A program made the position numbers and the translations under genes. This document shows positions 10,060 through 20,607 of a stretch of 64,000 nt of DNA, piece after piece. The DNA comes from Minisyncoccota bacterium. GTDB taxonomy: Bacteria > Patescibacteriota > Minisyncoccia > JAHIHE01 > JAGLIN01. The DNA is taken from contig JBAZUT010000001.1 of the NCBI GenBank assembly GCA_041661265.1, positions 1,854-65,853 on the forward strand. Reading direction: 5' to 3'. The notes beneath the pieces are model-generated. The model searched no databases. It saw nothing but the letters and a program-made list of their open reading frames with translations, and was not told the DNA's origin. How positions within the stretch are numbered: position 1 is the first letter of the stretch; each line of letters starts with the position of its first letter.

Positions 10060-11370
10060 ATGAACGCAATGGCGCAAAAAAACACAGCGTGGATGGTGAT
10101 TTTGTTCATGACAATTCTGCCTGTTTTGAGATGGGCCCAGATCTCCCCCCTGGAATACAGATTCCTGGATTTTGGCGCGACCATGGGAAGTGCCGGACAA
10201 ATTACTGCGCTCATGGGCATGGTCTTGTTTTCCATAAATCTCATTCTCTCCGGAAGGTTCAAGGTTCTCGATAGATCCATGCACGGACTTGTTGATGTTT
10301 ACAACAAGCACCACATCGTCGGCGCGATCTCCTTTTCCCTACTCTTGTTCCATCCCCTGTTTCTGGCTCTGAGATTTATGCCCATATCTCTCCGGGAGGC
10401 GGCGCTATTCCTTCTTCCCGGTCAGAACCAGGCTATAAACTACGGCATAATCTCGCTCCTCCTTTTTATCCTGCTTATAGTATTCACTTTTTTTGCCTCT
10501 CTAGGATACAAGCGCTGGAAAATTTCGCACACCTTTATGATCCTGGTCGCTTTCTTCGCGATCCTGCATTCATTCAGGACGACAAGCGATGTATCACGGG
10601 ATCCATTGTTGAGATCTTATATATTAGGATTGGCTTTCATTGGGTTTGCTTCTGCGTTCTATCAGGCATTTCTCAGCAAATTCATCCGGAAAAAATATAT
10701 TTACGTCGTGGAAAAAGTATCCAAAGTCGGTCCGGGGATCGTCGAGATCGAAATGTCTCCGAAGAACAGACGGATGACCTTTGAAGCGGGACAATTCATT
10801 TTCATCCGTTTTTCAAGCAAGATCGTCGGAAACGAGGTCCACCCGTTCTCCATTTCTTCGGGAGAGGACGATCCGAATTTGTCCGTATCGATAAAATCAC
10901 TTGGAGATTTCACAAAAAATGCCGCCGGCATCGAGATCGGAAGCGAGGCGGCGATCGAAGGACCATATGGCAAATTTTCACGCAGGAATTCTGCGAGCAA
11001 AGATCAGATCTGGGTGGCGGGCGGGATCGGCATCACTCCGTTCCTCAGCATGGCGAGAAGCCTGAAGGATGACGATTATAGGATAGATCTTTTCTACAGC
11101 GTGAAAAGCGTTGAGGAGGCGGCATTTCTGAACGAACTCGAAGAGATCTCAAGGTCTCATCCCGGATTCAAAGTGATAAGCTGGATCTCCAACGACAAAG
11201 GATTCCTCAGCTGCAACGCGATCTCGGAAATAAGCCTGAATTTTTCGGATAAAGACATATTTCTCTGCGGCCCCCCTGTTTTCATGGAATGCATCCATGC
11301 TCAGCTTATTGGCCTTGACATTCCGGAATCAAGGATCCACTGGGAAATTTTTAATTTTTCTCCAAAATAA
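10060..11370 (+). CDS. Ferric reductase-like transmembrane protein with FAD/NAD-binding domains
   Basis: TM His pairs (KHH...FHP, ISH...LHS), HPFSISS, EGPYG, AGGIGITPF, CGPP. Confidence 0.9.
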   Translation: MNAMAQKNTAWMVILFMTILPVLRWAQISPLEYRFLDFGATMGSAGQITALMGMVLFSINLILSGRFKVLDRSMHGLVDVYNKHHIVGAISFSLLLFHPLFLALRFMPISLREAALFLLPGQNQAINYGIISLLLFILLIVFTFFASLGYKRWKISHTFMILVAFFAILHSFRTTSDVSRDPLLRSYILGLAFIGFASAFYQAFLSKFIRKKYIYVVEKVSKVGPGIVEIEMSPKNRRMTFEAGQFIFIRFSSKIVGNEVHPFSISSGEDDPNLSVSIKSLGDFTKNAAGIEIGSEAAIEGPYGKFSRRNSASKDQIWVAGGIGITPFLSMARSLKDDDYRIDLFYSVKSVEEAAFLNELEEISRSHPGFKVISWISNDKGFLSCNAISEISLNFSDKDIFLCGPPVFMECIHAQLIGLDIPESRIHWEIFNFSPK

Positions 11371-11374
11371 AACT

Positions 11375-12226
11375 ATGAAAAAATTAGTAGGCGTTTCGCT
11401 CTTTGTTTTTTGGGCATTTGTTGCGGCGATCCTGACCGCAGGACTTGTCTTTTATCAGAACAATAAAAATTCTCCGGCTGGAAATTCCGTCCTCCCCTCC
11501 GGAGCAAGCGACCCGGTCCAGGAAGAACAAATAACGCTTGATGCGGCCGAGATCGCAAAACACGGATCGACCCAGGACTGCTGGCTTCTGATAAACAGCA
11601 AAGTTTACAATGTTACAACCTATCTTGGAACCCATGCGGGCGGAGTGGCGACCATCGCTCCCTATTGCGGAAAGGAAGCGACCCAGGCCTTTGCCACAAA
11701 AGAGACGGGATCCTCCCATTCTTCATATGCGAATGAGCTTCTTGCTTCGTATTACGTCGGAGATCTGAATCAAAAGATCGGCGCGCCTCAACCCGGACAG
11801 AATACGCAAAACGCGAACACGCCTCCCCCGCCGCAACCAAATCCCTCCGCCGCAGATCCGGCTCCGAAACCTCCGCCGCCCCCGGTCAGTCAGACGTCTC
11901 TCAATGCCGCCGAGATCGCAAAGCATAATTCAACGGGCGACTGCTGGATAATTATCAGCAGCAAAGTGTACAACGTCACAAGCTATCTTCAAGCGCATCC
12001 GGGCGGAGTCGGAACAATCTCTCCTTATTGCGGACAAGATGCAACCCAGGCATTCCAGGGAAAAGGGCATTCTTCTTATGCAGACAGCCTGCTTGCTTCA
12101 TATTACATCGGATCATTGAATCAGACCGTTGACACTCCCGTAATACAGCAGAATGTCCAAAACACCAACAACACTCCTCCTCCGATCAACATACGAGGAG
12201 ACGATGACGATGACAATGACGATTAA
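11375..12226 (+). CDS. Membrane-anchored protein with two cytochrome b5-like heme-binding domains
   Basis: Two EIAKH...DCW...KVYNVT.YL..H(A/P)GG...CG..AT.AF...HS repeats, Pro-rich linker, N-terminal TM. Confidence 0.9.
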   Translation: MKKLVGVSLFVFWAFVAAILTAGLVFYQNNKNSPAGNSVLPSGASDPVQEEQITLDAAEIAKHGSTQDCWLLINSKVYNVTTYLGTHAGGVATIAPYCGKEATQAFATKETGSSHSSYANELLASYYVGDLNQKIGAPQPGQNTQNANTPPPPQPNPSAADPAPKPPPPPVSQTSLNAAEIAKHNSTGDCWIIISSKVYNVTSYLQAHPGGVGTISPYCGQDATQAFQGKGHSSYADSLLASYYIGSLNQTVDTPVIQQNVQNTNNTPPPINIRGDDDDDNDD

Positions 12227-12427
12227 AGATACGCCACGCACTGCAAAAACACATACGACTTATGTGTTTTTTATTGACTAGAACCGGTTTTATGCCAAAT
12301 GCGAGGATTGACTTTAAATTGGATATATGCTAAAATAGCATGTTATCGGTTATTTTACAACTCCCGATAATGCCAGTTGCATGGTTTAATGCAACGAAAT
12401 GCACATTTATATGCAGGAGAGAAAAAT

Positions 12428-13240
12428 ATGTATCTGAAGAAATATACAGAAATACTGAAAAGATTACGAAACGATCCTATGATAAATCCGTCAGCCGGAG
12501 ATATCGCGAAGCTATGTCCGCACCTGGCCGCAGAGGAAATAGAGAGAATGTTCAATCAAAGCGATACTATGTTCATCGCCTGTCCGAGCTTAAAGGTTCG
12601 GGGCGCATTCCAGATCATCTATCTTGAACCGGCCGCAAAGAATCAACCCGTGACGCTCAGATGGGGCCATACGGGCAAGATCAATTATGCTCCGGAATAT
12701 CCATATACGGCGGAAGCGATTAAATTTGCCGAAGATAACTGGGGAAAATATCTGATCGATGATAGCTGGTCGGAAGTCGCCGAAGTGAGGATAATGGATC
12801 CGACAGATCTCGTATATGGCGAGCTCTATCCGGGAGGCGCTCCTAAAAATGTAATGACCATTATCGCCATCATGAGCCAAAGAAGCGAAGTGATGTCCCG
12901 CGACCATTCGCGTCCGAGAAACAAATTGTTCGATGAAGCGATCATCGAAATGTCCACCGATCCTCTGATATCAGAAGAACTGAAAGACGGACGCCACCCG
13001 TACACATATTATTTTTGCGGATTTTGCGGATCGGGATTCGAACCTTCATATTGTCCCGGATGTGACAACGGATTTGAGGGAGGCTACTTTGAAGATCGTG
13101 CTTCAAGAATGGCTCTGCCGCCAAAATTGGCGGAGTTTGCCAGACAGAATGGACACGTCTTTAAAAAAGACCCCAAGATAGCCCTGGAGAAGGAATTGAA
13201 AGGATTCAGAGAAAACAAGTATTATTATTGGAGAAAGTAA
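12428..13240 (+). CDS. Hypothetical protein with C-terminal CxxC-x8-CxxC zinc ribbon
   Basis: CGFCGSGFEPSYCPGC; AGGAGA RBS; TTGACT-17-TAAAAT promoter at 12308-12336. Confidence 0.7.
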   Translation: MYLKKYTEILKRLRNDPMINPSAGDIAKLCPHLAAEEIERMFNQSDTMFIACPSLKVRGAFQIIYLEPAAKNQPVTLRWGHTGKINYAPEYPYTAEAIKFAEDNWGKYLIDDSWSEVAEVRIMDPTDLVYGELYPGGAPKNVMTIIAIMSQRSEVMSRDHSRPRNKLFDEAIIEMSTDPLISEELKDGRHPYTYYFCGFCGSGFEPSYCPGCDNGFEGGYFEDRASRMALPPKLAEFARQNGHVFKKDPKIALEKELKGFRENKYYYWRK

Positions 13241-13349
13241 AGCGGCGATATTTTTTGCCGCGATATAAATGCCAGTTGCAACGAACAGCTGGCATCTTTT
13301 AATTATCATTCAAATTTCAATCGCACAGAAAATATGCAGGATAAACTGC

Positions 13350-13378
13350 TTGACAAATCATGTTTGATGTAATATAAT
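13350..13378 (+). promoter_or_regulatory. Consensus sigma70 promoter
   Basis: TTGACA-17 nt-TATAAT exact. Confidence 0.8.
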
Positions 13379-13447
13379 GCATCGTTTCAAGCTGAAATAC
13401 AGACATCAGAAGCTTGCAAACGAAAAGATATATCAGGAGAGATTATT

Positions 13448-13810
13448 ATGGATATGAATCCAATATTGCACATAGTATATGCGATCTTGATCGCCGCAGG
13501 TTTTATCACGATGATGTGGTCCTGGGCGTCCAGCGAGGGCGAACGCATTTCTGATGAACAAAGAAAGTTTTACGGACGCACATTCCTGGCAGGTGCCGGT
13601 CTAATATGTGTCACAGTGGTATATATCTACCCTGCAGCTTTGGGTGTTATAATCACAATAGCATCATTAGTCGGGCTTGCATGGTTCATGACAAACTACC
13701 ATATGAATAAAGATACGGAAGAGCGCCGCCGGATAGACAGCGCGATAATAACAAGATGCCACGCAGCGATAACAGAAATAAACCAAAGAAATAAAGCAAC
13801 AAAGGGATGA
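13448..13810 (+). CDS. Hypothetical membrane protein
   Basis: AGGAGA RBS, three hydrophobic segments, terminator hairpin plus T-run at the stop. Confidence 0.7.
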   Translation: MDMNPILHIVYAILIAAGFITMMWSWASSEGERISDEQRKFYGRTFLAGAGLICVTVVYIYPAALGVIITIASLVGLAWFMTNYHMNKDTEERRRIDSAIITRCHAAITEINQRNKATKG

Positions 13811-14003
13811 AAGAGCATCCTCTTTTTTTATCTTAATAGATCACATTCGTGTTTGAGAGAAACCGTTTCAACTCATTGAATAATTCGATGGCTTGACAAA
13901 TTACGTTTATTACAATAGAATGCGATGTTTCAGGCTGGAATATAAATATTACTGGCTTGTGAACAAAACAAATGTTTACTGGGATAAACAAGGGAGAAAA
14001 AAT

Positions 14004-14417
14004 ATGGCAGTTCAAATGTCTATACAAATTAATGTGAAAGAGCCGGAAGAGATGAGCAGACTTTCCCGAGCAGCTGAGACACGATCGTGGACATATAGTG
14101 ATTGGCAGGCCATCGAAGAAGCAGAAAAACATTATGAAGAAGAGATCATAGAAGCCATAAAAAGAAAAATGGAAACCGTCATAGTGATTCCAGAAAGTGA
14201 AAATGTACTTATCTACAGACAGCAAGTCATTAGCGAAGACAAGGAACGGTCCTTGGAAGACGCACTAGACTTCATGGTAAACATGGCATCAAGATCAGGA
14301 CGAAAAGTTTTGAGCCACAGTGTGGCCTATGAACCAAAAATCAATGATCCGCTTTCAGGCTGGGATTCAGCGCCAAAATATTTCTATTGTATCACCATGA
14401 TCCTCGCTCCAAAATAA
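14004..14417 (+). CDS. Hypothetical protein
   Basis: TTGACA-17-TAGAAT at 13893-13921, GGAG RBS before MAVQM, hairpin after the stop. Confidence 0.65.
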   Translation: MAVQMSIQINVKEPEEMSRLSRAAETRSWTYSDWQAIEEAEKHYEEEIIEAIKRKMETVIVIPESENVLIYRQQVISEDKERSLEDALDFMVNMASRSGRKVLSHSVAYEPKINDPLSGWDSAPKYFYCITMILAPK

Positions 14418-14476
14418 AAAACATCGAAAACCGCCTGGAATGATCCGGCGGTATTTCTTATACGCAATTTTGATAT

Positions 14477-15046
14477 TTAATAAATAATATTCGTATTCGG
14501 GAGAAGCCGTTTCAATTCATTGACGCTGTCCAGGGAATATTTATTATTCGATATGTCCAAGGTCTTAAGATTGTCTTTGAGATTTGCGATCTCATTTGGA
14601 AAAGTATCAAGACCGTTATAGGAATAATTCAGCGTGGAAAGATTCTTGAGTTGTCCGATCTCCGCCGGAATGCCGGTCATGCTGTTATATTGGACATCCA
14701 GGATCCTCAAATTGGACATTTTCCTTATTTCCCCGGCAAGCGATCCCTGAAGTTCATTGTGATCGAGATACAGCTCCTCGATGTTCGAAAGCCCGCCGAT
14801 CTCGGAAGGCAACGACCGGAGTTTGTTGTTGGAAAGAACGAGCTTCGTCACCTGGGTCTGGCTCAGTGTTTCTTTCGGGATCGAGGTTAGATCCTTTCCG
14901 CTTAAATTTATTTCCTTCGCGCCGCCGACACCGGGAATATTCGGAATGATACTGGCTGGAGTTGTCCGCATTGTCCCCAAAAGATATGCAGAAGCAACAA
15001 CCAGAATGGCGGCGACCGCGATCAGCAAGATCGATGTTTTTGTCAT
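14477..15046 (-). CDS. Membrane-anchored leucine-rich repeat protein
   Basis: LxxLxLxxNxL repeats (LVLSNNKLRSLPSEIG, LYLDHNEL, LNYSYNGL); N-terminal TM. Confidence 0.9.
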   Translation of the reverse strand: MTKTSILLIAVAAILVVASAYLLGTMRTTPASIIPNIPGVGGAKEINLSGKDLTSIPKETLSQTQVTKLVLSNNKLRSLPSEIGGLSNIEELYLDHNELQGSLAGEIRKMSNLRILDVQYNSMTGIPAEIGQLKNLSTLNYSYNGLDTFPNEIANLKDNLKTLDISNNKYSLDSVNELKRLLPNTNIIY

Positions 15047-15081
15047 GTATTTATAATAATTATTAACGAATTATGAACGGG

Positions 15082-15573
15082 TCAATCTATCTTCGCAAAA
15101 AGAACGACATAGTTCTTGCCATATGCTTTGGCACATCTGGGACAGGTGGTGTATGAAAAATAAAGCTTCTTCATTTCTTTCCCTTTGTTTTTCACATAGT
15201 CCGCCATATCCTGCGCCCATTTCCCCGCATTGCCATAGGGGCCTTCATATACCCTGGTAAGATACGTTCCGGAAATTCTTGCCATCTCGCAGCCCGGAAC
15301 TTCCTTGGCCACATCTATATAGACGTCCGCACCCCACAAAGATTTCTCATCGGTAAGCATCAGCTGATGCAAAGCGGAAGCATCCGCGTCATTTATTGCT
15401 TCCATGTTTTTTACGATCACTTTCCCCATGTTCAACGGAATGTGCAAAAAACACGCGACATGATCTTTCACGAATAATTTATCTTTCCAGACTATTTCCT
15501 TCTCCTGCCAGGGTGCGGGATCGAACGGTTCGCAGCACCCGGTCGGTTTGATAGTCTTACTGACACTTTCCAT
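15082..15573 (-). CDS. Conserved hypothetical protein (GyrI-like fold, YTTCPRCAK motif)
   Basis: TGCCEPFDP...EGPY...YTTCPRCAKAYGKNYVV conserved-looking motifs. Confidence 0.65.
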   Translation of the reverse strand: MESVSKTIKPTGCCEPFDPAPWQEKEIVWKDKLFVKDHVACFLHIPLNMGKVIVKNMEAINDADASALHQLMLTDEKSLWGADVYIDVAKEVPGCEMARISGTYLTRVYEGPYGNAGKWAQDMADYVKNKGKEMKKLYFSYTTCPRCAKAYGKNYVVLFAKID

Positions 15574-15760
15574 ATTTTTAATTTAAATATTATTTATCTT
15601 TTTTGTCCGCAAAAAGAAAAACTGTCCCAAGGGCCGAAAAAAGCAGCGCTTCCGGAAAATTCCCCTTTTGAACCGCTTCAATGAGCGCAACTCCGAAAAA
15701 CAATATAAAAACCGCAAAATTCTTTCCGATCTTGATCTTTACCATATTTTTGTATGTTAG

Positions 15761-16279
15761 TTATTTTCTCTTTATCAGCATGTCGCTATAGGAATCGGCA
15801 AGAAGATCTTCTTTTTTGATGCCAAAGAGCTCAAGGTAGCGGTTGCACTGCTCCAGCAGTTTCTCCCTGCCTATCTTCCCGTCTTTATCGGCAGCCTCGA
15901 TCTCGGCAAAAGTCCCAAGACCGCTGACGTCATCCAGATGGAATTTCACATTATCTATATAATAGATCTCCCTTTTTTTGTCGACTACGACCAATTGTCC
16001 CAGAGACCTTGAAAGAACCTCTTTCAGGCTTGATCGCGGATCGGAATCGAACAGGATCGTGCTTGACTCCTTGGGGCCCTTTTTGTTCTCCCGTTCGTAA
16101 TAGACAAGATGATTCTCAATATCCCCCTCCCGCAATTTCAGCCTCCCTGAGTTCACATTGAAATATGTATCGATCTGATGGTCGATCCCCTTGAAATCCG
16201 CATTATGCGAATTCAATATCTTCCTGATCTTGTCCTGATCGGAGCACTTTGCCTTTATTTCTATATTCAAATACTTCAT
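15761..16279 (-). CDS. CYTH domain protein (class IV adenylate cyclase-like)
   Basis: NIEIKAK, HQIDTYF, GRLKLRE, KKRE, LGTFAEIE. Confidence 0.9.
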   Translation of the reverse strand: MKYLNIEIKAKCSDQDKIRKILNSHNADFKGIDHQIDTYFNVNSGRLKLREGDIENHLVYYERENKKGPKESSTILFDSDPRSSLKEVLSRSLGQLVVVDKKREIYYIDNVKFHLDDVSGLGTFAEIEAADKDGKIGREKLLEQCNRYLELFGIKKEDLLADSYSDMLIKRK

Positions 16280-16319
16280 TTTATTTATTTTTTTATCTTA
16301 TAATATTCGGAAGTTCCCT

Positions 16320-17039
16320 TCAGATCCCGGCAGAAAAACCTTCCTTATGCCTTCCGTCGCAAAATGGCCTGTTCTTCGACCTTCCGCACCGGCAAAGAGT
16401 GACGCGGTTCCGGACCTCGTAAACCTTGCCATCCGACCCCTCGACGGGAATGCCTCCGCGCGCCCAGATCGGACCGCTGACACCGGCCTCGGGATCTTCG
16501 ACAAGCCCTATGGACGGCTTGAAGTCCGGCTCAATGGCTTTCTTCGTTTTTTTATCCCAAGCCACAAGGCGGCCTCCCGGGCAATTGCACGCCTGTTCCG
16601 TTGCGAGTTTTTTGGATCCGGGATCATCCGATTTGGCTGTCAGTTCCCACGTCCCTTCAAAGCGGTCGCAGAATCTTGCAGACACGCAAAGGTCTTCGCG
16701 ATCCGTCAGCACAAGATCAGGCCCTTCAAGCTTCTCGGCGCAGTCAATATATTTCTTCCTGCTGGCCGTTTCCGACCCGTCAAATCCCACTTTCTCATGA
16801 GTTTTGTCGCAATAGGGCATGTCCCCGGACCTTCCGCAACGGCAAAGATAATATTCTTCCTTGTCGGGATAGCGCCTGCCCTCCTCCCACTCCTTTGAGT
16901 ATCCGTGCTCGTCCGCGATTATGGTCTGCTTTGACATCGGAACGCCTCCCGTCACCTTATAGGGACCGTTTTTCATAATCTTTATTCTCGGATCTTTTTT
17001 GTTATTTTTTTCCATATATTTTAAATTATATGATAACAA
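16320..17039 (-). CDS. CDGSH iron-sulfur domain protein
   Basis: Two LCRCGRS...PxCD..H motifs flanking a divergent ferredoxin-like C..ARFC...CP.G domain. Confidence 0.9.
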   Translation of the reverse strand: MLSYNLKYMEKNNKKDPRIKIMKNGPYKVTGGVPMSKQTIIADEHGYSKEWEEGRRYPDKEEYYLCRCGRSGDMPYCDKTHEKVGFDGSETASRKKYIDCAEKLEGPDLVLTDREDLCVSARFCDRFEGTWELTAKSDDPGSKKLATEQACNCPGGRLVAWDKKTKKAIEPDFKPSIGLVEDPEAGVSGPIWARGGIPVEGSDGKVYEVRNRVTLCRCGRSKNRPFCDGRHKEGFSAGI

Positions 17040-17041
17040 GT

Positions 17042-17743
17042 TTAAAATCTTTTATTCTCCAATTCCCTGATCGCATCGCCCGCGATCCACTTTGCGGACC
17101 GGGAATCCGATCTTCTTATTTCCTTTGCAACCTTCAGAGCCTCCTTGTTCAGAGTTCTATTTCTCTTTCCGATCTGGCGGAGCGCCCAATTGACAGCTTT
17201 TTTCACAAAGTTCCTTTCATCAACGCATTCTTTTTTTATGTATGGAAAAAAATCAATGAATGCGCCGTCATTCGCAGACTTATCATGCACCGCAAGAGTC
17301 GCCATCAGCACGAACCCGGCACGTTTCACAAACTCTTCTTTTCGTTCGCTCCACTCGGCCGCCTTGTCATATGCGAATTCGGTCCTGTCAAAAAGGTTTC
17401 CACAGGCCTGGTCGCACAGGTCCCAGGACTCCAGATCCGAAACCCAGGACTCCATCTGCGCCTCGGTCACCAGATCCGGATCATCGACAAGCACGGCAAC
17501 GATCCTTGCTTCATGGATCTTTGAATTCCAGAGCTTAAGCGCCAGATCATGGCGATATCCGGAAACGTCTTTTTCTCTCTTCGCTTCTTTTTTCACCGTC
17601 CGGGCAAGGTCCCTCAGATACGGCATACCCACACCAAGAGTGTTCTTTGAGCTGATGCCGAACCTCGCCATTCCCTCAACGTTCTTCCGGCTCCCATTGG
17701 CTCTAAGTTTTGAGATTATCTCTTTGCAATTCATATGTTTCAT
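17042..17743 (-). CDS. DNA alkylation repair protein (AlkD-like)
   Basis: SWDLCD, EFVKRAGF, DERNFVKKAVNWALRQIGKR. Confidence 0.9.
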   Translation of the reverse strand: MKHMNCKEIISKLRANGSRKNVEGMARFGISSKNTLGVGMPYLRDLARTVKKEAKREKDVSGYRHDLALKLWNSKIHEARIVAVLVDDPDLVTEAQMESWVSDLESWDLCDQACGNLFDRTEFAYDKAAEWSERKEEFVKRAGFVLMATLAVHDKSANDGAFIDFFPYIKKECVDERNFVKKAVNWALRQIGKRNRTLNKEALKVAKEIRRSDSRSAKWIAGDAIRELENKRF

Positions 17744-18534
17744 TGAAGATTATCGAAAAAATTGCATCTTGAAGCCGCATCCAGATCGTCCGTCTCTCCT
17801 ATATAGATTTCAGTAAATTTCGAAACATCCAGCCCATCAATGCCCACATGGCAGATAATGCCGCCAGAAAGAAAATATTTCAGCGGTCCGTCCGAGAAAG
17901 TGCCGTTCGGGACATTCAGGCATACCGTATCTATCCTATTGTCTTTCAGAAGTTTCCTGATGCCGCCCAGCAAATTTTCATATTTATCCGAGATCAGGAG
18001 GTCATCGGGAAGCCATTTGCAGCTCGCACAGGTCGAAACTTGCGGAAATTTTTTCTTGAACGAAAGCAGCCTTCCGAGGTTTGACCACTCCGTGAGATAA
18101 TCAGGCTCCCCTTCCCTGCGGCTATATCCAAACCTCAATTCCTCCGCAAAAGAATGAACCAGACATTTTTGCGCACCGATCCTGGAAACCGTTTTTTCGA
18201 CGACCGGCCACGCATCAGGATGTTTGCAATCGATAACGACAGGGATCATTGCTTTCGAAACCAGACCCACAGCTTCCCAGATGGGCATGGAAACGGCCCG
18301 AGCTTCCCCGCTTTTTTCATAATATTCTTCCGAGTGGCCGAGATACGGTTTTCCCGAACCGTCCACGCATACATCAAGGTCCATGCTCTTCTTCTCGCCG
18401 ATCGCCTTCCGGACGATGTCTTCGCTTGCCGAATATGTGTGAAAAAGCGTGAAAGGCTTTTTTGAATCAAGTATTTTTTTTGTAAGAGACATATTATATA
18501 GAGTTATTCTCGACATATATATGATAACATCCAC
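17740..18534 (-). CDS. PLC/GDPD-like TIM-barrel phosphodiesterase-like protein
   Basis: DLDVCVD...PYLGH and IDCK resemble the GDPD pattern; weak. Confidence 0.5.
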   Translation of the reverse strand: MDVIIYMSRITLYNMSLTKKILDSKKPFTLFHTYSASEDIVRKAIGEKKSMDLDVCVDGSGKPYLGHSEEYYEKSGEARAVSMPIWEAVGLVSKAMIPVVIDCKHPDAWPVVEKTVSRIGAQKCLVHSFAEELRFGYSRREGEPDYLTEWSNLGRLLSFKKKFPQVSTCASCKWLPDDLLISDKYENLLGGIRKLLKDNRIDTVCLNVPNGTFSDGPLKYFLSGGIICHVGIDGLDVSKFTEIYIGETDDLDAASRCNFFDNLQ

Positions 18535-18715
18535 CGGTGTTTATTGGAATATAGTTATCAACACAAAATGCGTATTTTCCCGGCATGATCCGAAAATGCA
18601 GCTTGATTTTATTATCGTCGGCAAGTGCCGCTAAAAACAAAAAAGGAAGCCGGATCGATCGACTTTCGGCCTCTATTTAAAATACGAAAACGGAAAAAAC
18701 TGATCCGCGATCGCT

Positions 18716-19702
18716 CTATCCGTCGGATAATTCTTTTTTCAATCCGTTGCGTCCCAGATCAAGCCAGTATCCGGTTTCTTCACTGTCATTGCCGTTGATA
18801 TATTTCTCCTGGTGAGCACCCATGAATTCCATCGCTATGCCGGCTAATGCATACGGATAGACATACTTTCGCTCTTCCTGGGTGAGCGGATTAAACCCGG
18901 AATATTCGTCTGAAACCAGTTCCGCTTTATCCCGCAAGGACAAGGAGTCATTCTTGTCATAAAGCAAATTAGCCAGAATTACCGATATCTCCTGGATCCT
19001 CGGCTGCCAATTCGAAACTGAAAAATCCAAAATATACATTTTTCCATCGTCGCCCTTTATAATGTTGGCTTTTGTGAAATCGCCATGGACAAAACAGCAA
19101 GGCAGACTGCCGGCCGGAATTGCATCGTATTGAGCCAGAACTCTTTCGACCAGCTTGAGGTCATCGGCCTGAATGAACTTCCGAACCTTCTGAAATGTTC
19201 TATGGATATTTGGAATAGCCCAGCTGTCGGACAAATATGCAGGGTGATGGTCTATCCTGTCTATCTTGGCAGCCTGTTTAATTATCGCCCGCCGCTCGCT
19301 GTCATCAGGGCAGCGGCCCATGTCCAAAAATGTCTTGCCCTCGATGAATTTCATCAGCACCATCGAGATACCGTTGGCAGCGCTGTCCATATACACCACC
19401 CCTCCATCGCTCGTTTTTTCCAAAAAGGGATGATTGACCCCCGCATCTATGGCTTTTTTCATTATAGTGCCGTATCGCAAAATGATCACGGGCGTACGTT
19501 CTTTGGAAAATATTTTCGCCACATATTTTCCCCCCGATGCTTCGATGGCCACGTTGCAATCTTCATAGCCCATTTCAATCACATAGTAGCCTGCGGGCTT
19601 CCCGATCCCATAGGCACCGCAAAGACGGTCTACTACCGGGCCAAGATCTCCCGAGTAATTCAGCCTGTCGGCCGGCGTTTTTTTGTTCATTTCCATGCTC
19701 AT
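18716..19702 (-). CDS. APH-family phosphotransferase
   Basis: YVAKIF, VHGDFTKANII, ILDFS. Confidence 0.85.
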   Translation of the reverse strand: MSMEMNKKTPADRLNYSGDLGPVVDRLCGAYGIGKPAGYYVIEMGYEDCNVAIEASGGKYVAKIFSKERTPVIILRYGTIMKKAIDAGVNHPFLEKTSDGGVVYMDSAANGISMVLMKFIEGKTFLDMGRCPDDSERRAIIKQAAKIDRIDHHPAYLSDSWAIPNIHRTFQKVRKFIQADDLKLVERVLAQYDAIPAGSLPCCFVHGDFTKANIIKGDDGKMYILDFSVSNWQPRIQEISVILANLLYDKNDSLSLRDKAELVSDEYSGFNPLTQEERKYVYPYALAGIAMEFMGAHQEKYINGNDSEETGYWLDLGRNGLKKELSDG

Positions 19703-19819
19703 TATATTAATACCCTATTTTAATATGAATAACGCAACTCTTCAAGGTCTTTCGTAAAAATGACTCCGGGTTGACTTCCATAAAAACCGTGTGTTATTGT
19801 TGAGATCGGAGGCAAGAAT

Positions 19820-19972
19820 ATGTGCGAAAAATGCAAAAAATGCCATGAAAATCCTGCGATCTCGAGCGGTTTTTGCATCGAGTGCCTGGCAGACGAATGG
19901 GGAAAAATAATAGATAGCGGGCATCCGATGATCTCGCCGCAATCACTGATAAAAACCAAGACAGAAAAATGA
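19820..19972 (+). CDS. 50-aa Cys-rich small protein (MCEKCKKCHENPAISSGFCIECLADEW...)
   Basis: Hand translation; GGAGG RBS; TTGACT at 19771; CxxC pairs. Confidence 0.65.
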   Translation: MCEKCKKCHENPAISSGFCIECLADEWGKIIDSGHPMISPQSLIKTKTEK

Positions 19973-20013
19973 TATCTGTCTTTTTTCTTGCGCCTTTTCA
20001 GAATGCTTGGCCG

Positions 20014-20607
20014 TTAACTCTGCCAGCGGCATTTCTTTTTGAAAATATTCTTCCTGTGTATGCAGATGACAAGCGACGCGTTTATGATCACAAGATATGC
20101 CGGAAAAGCGTATGAAGAAAAATTCCAGGTTTTGATCGCAGTGAAACTCGTAAGCGCGCTGAAAAATCCGGCCGAAAAAGCATCCGCCGTTTCCGTTTCG
20201 GGATATTTCCATGATTTCACCAAAGTGGGATATGTGGCAAAGAGGTCGCTCACGAGCGCAAATACTATGGCGACCGTCGGTTCTTTGGTTATTCCCCAAA
20301 GGACCAGGGCCAGAATTGAAAATAGCCCGCAAAAATAATCGCTTTTTTCCAGTTTCCAATATGATTTCTTATTCGCGAAAGACGCCGCAAGCACCAGCAA
20401 TGGAGCCAATCCTGAAACAAAGACCGGAACCGCGGCAAGCCCCACTCCGTCCGAGACCGCGGCAAATGCCGCAATAAGCGGAGCTATGGACCAGAGGAGC
20501 CACGAGATCCTGTTCGGCTTGGTCCTGCCCTTCAATGTTTGTTTGATATATGAAGCTTTTCCGATCAGCTGAACCGCAACTGCAACAAAAACTAGATTTT
20601 CGATCAT
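20014..20607 (-). CDS. Multi-pass membrane protein
   Basis: GRTKPNRISWLLW...PTLVKSWKYPETE; several TM segments. Confidence 0.75.
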   Translation of the reverse strand: MIENLVFVAVAVQLIGKASYIKQTLKGRTKPNRISWLLWSIAPLIAAFAAVSDGVGLAAVPVFVSGLAPLLVLAASFANKKSYWKLEKSDYFCGLFSILALVLWGITKEPTVAIVFALVSDLFATYPTLVKSWKYPETETADAFSAGFFSALTSFTAIKTWNFSSYAFPAYLVIINASLVICIHRKNIFKKKCRWQS

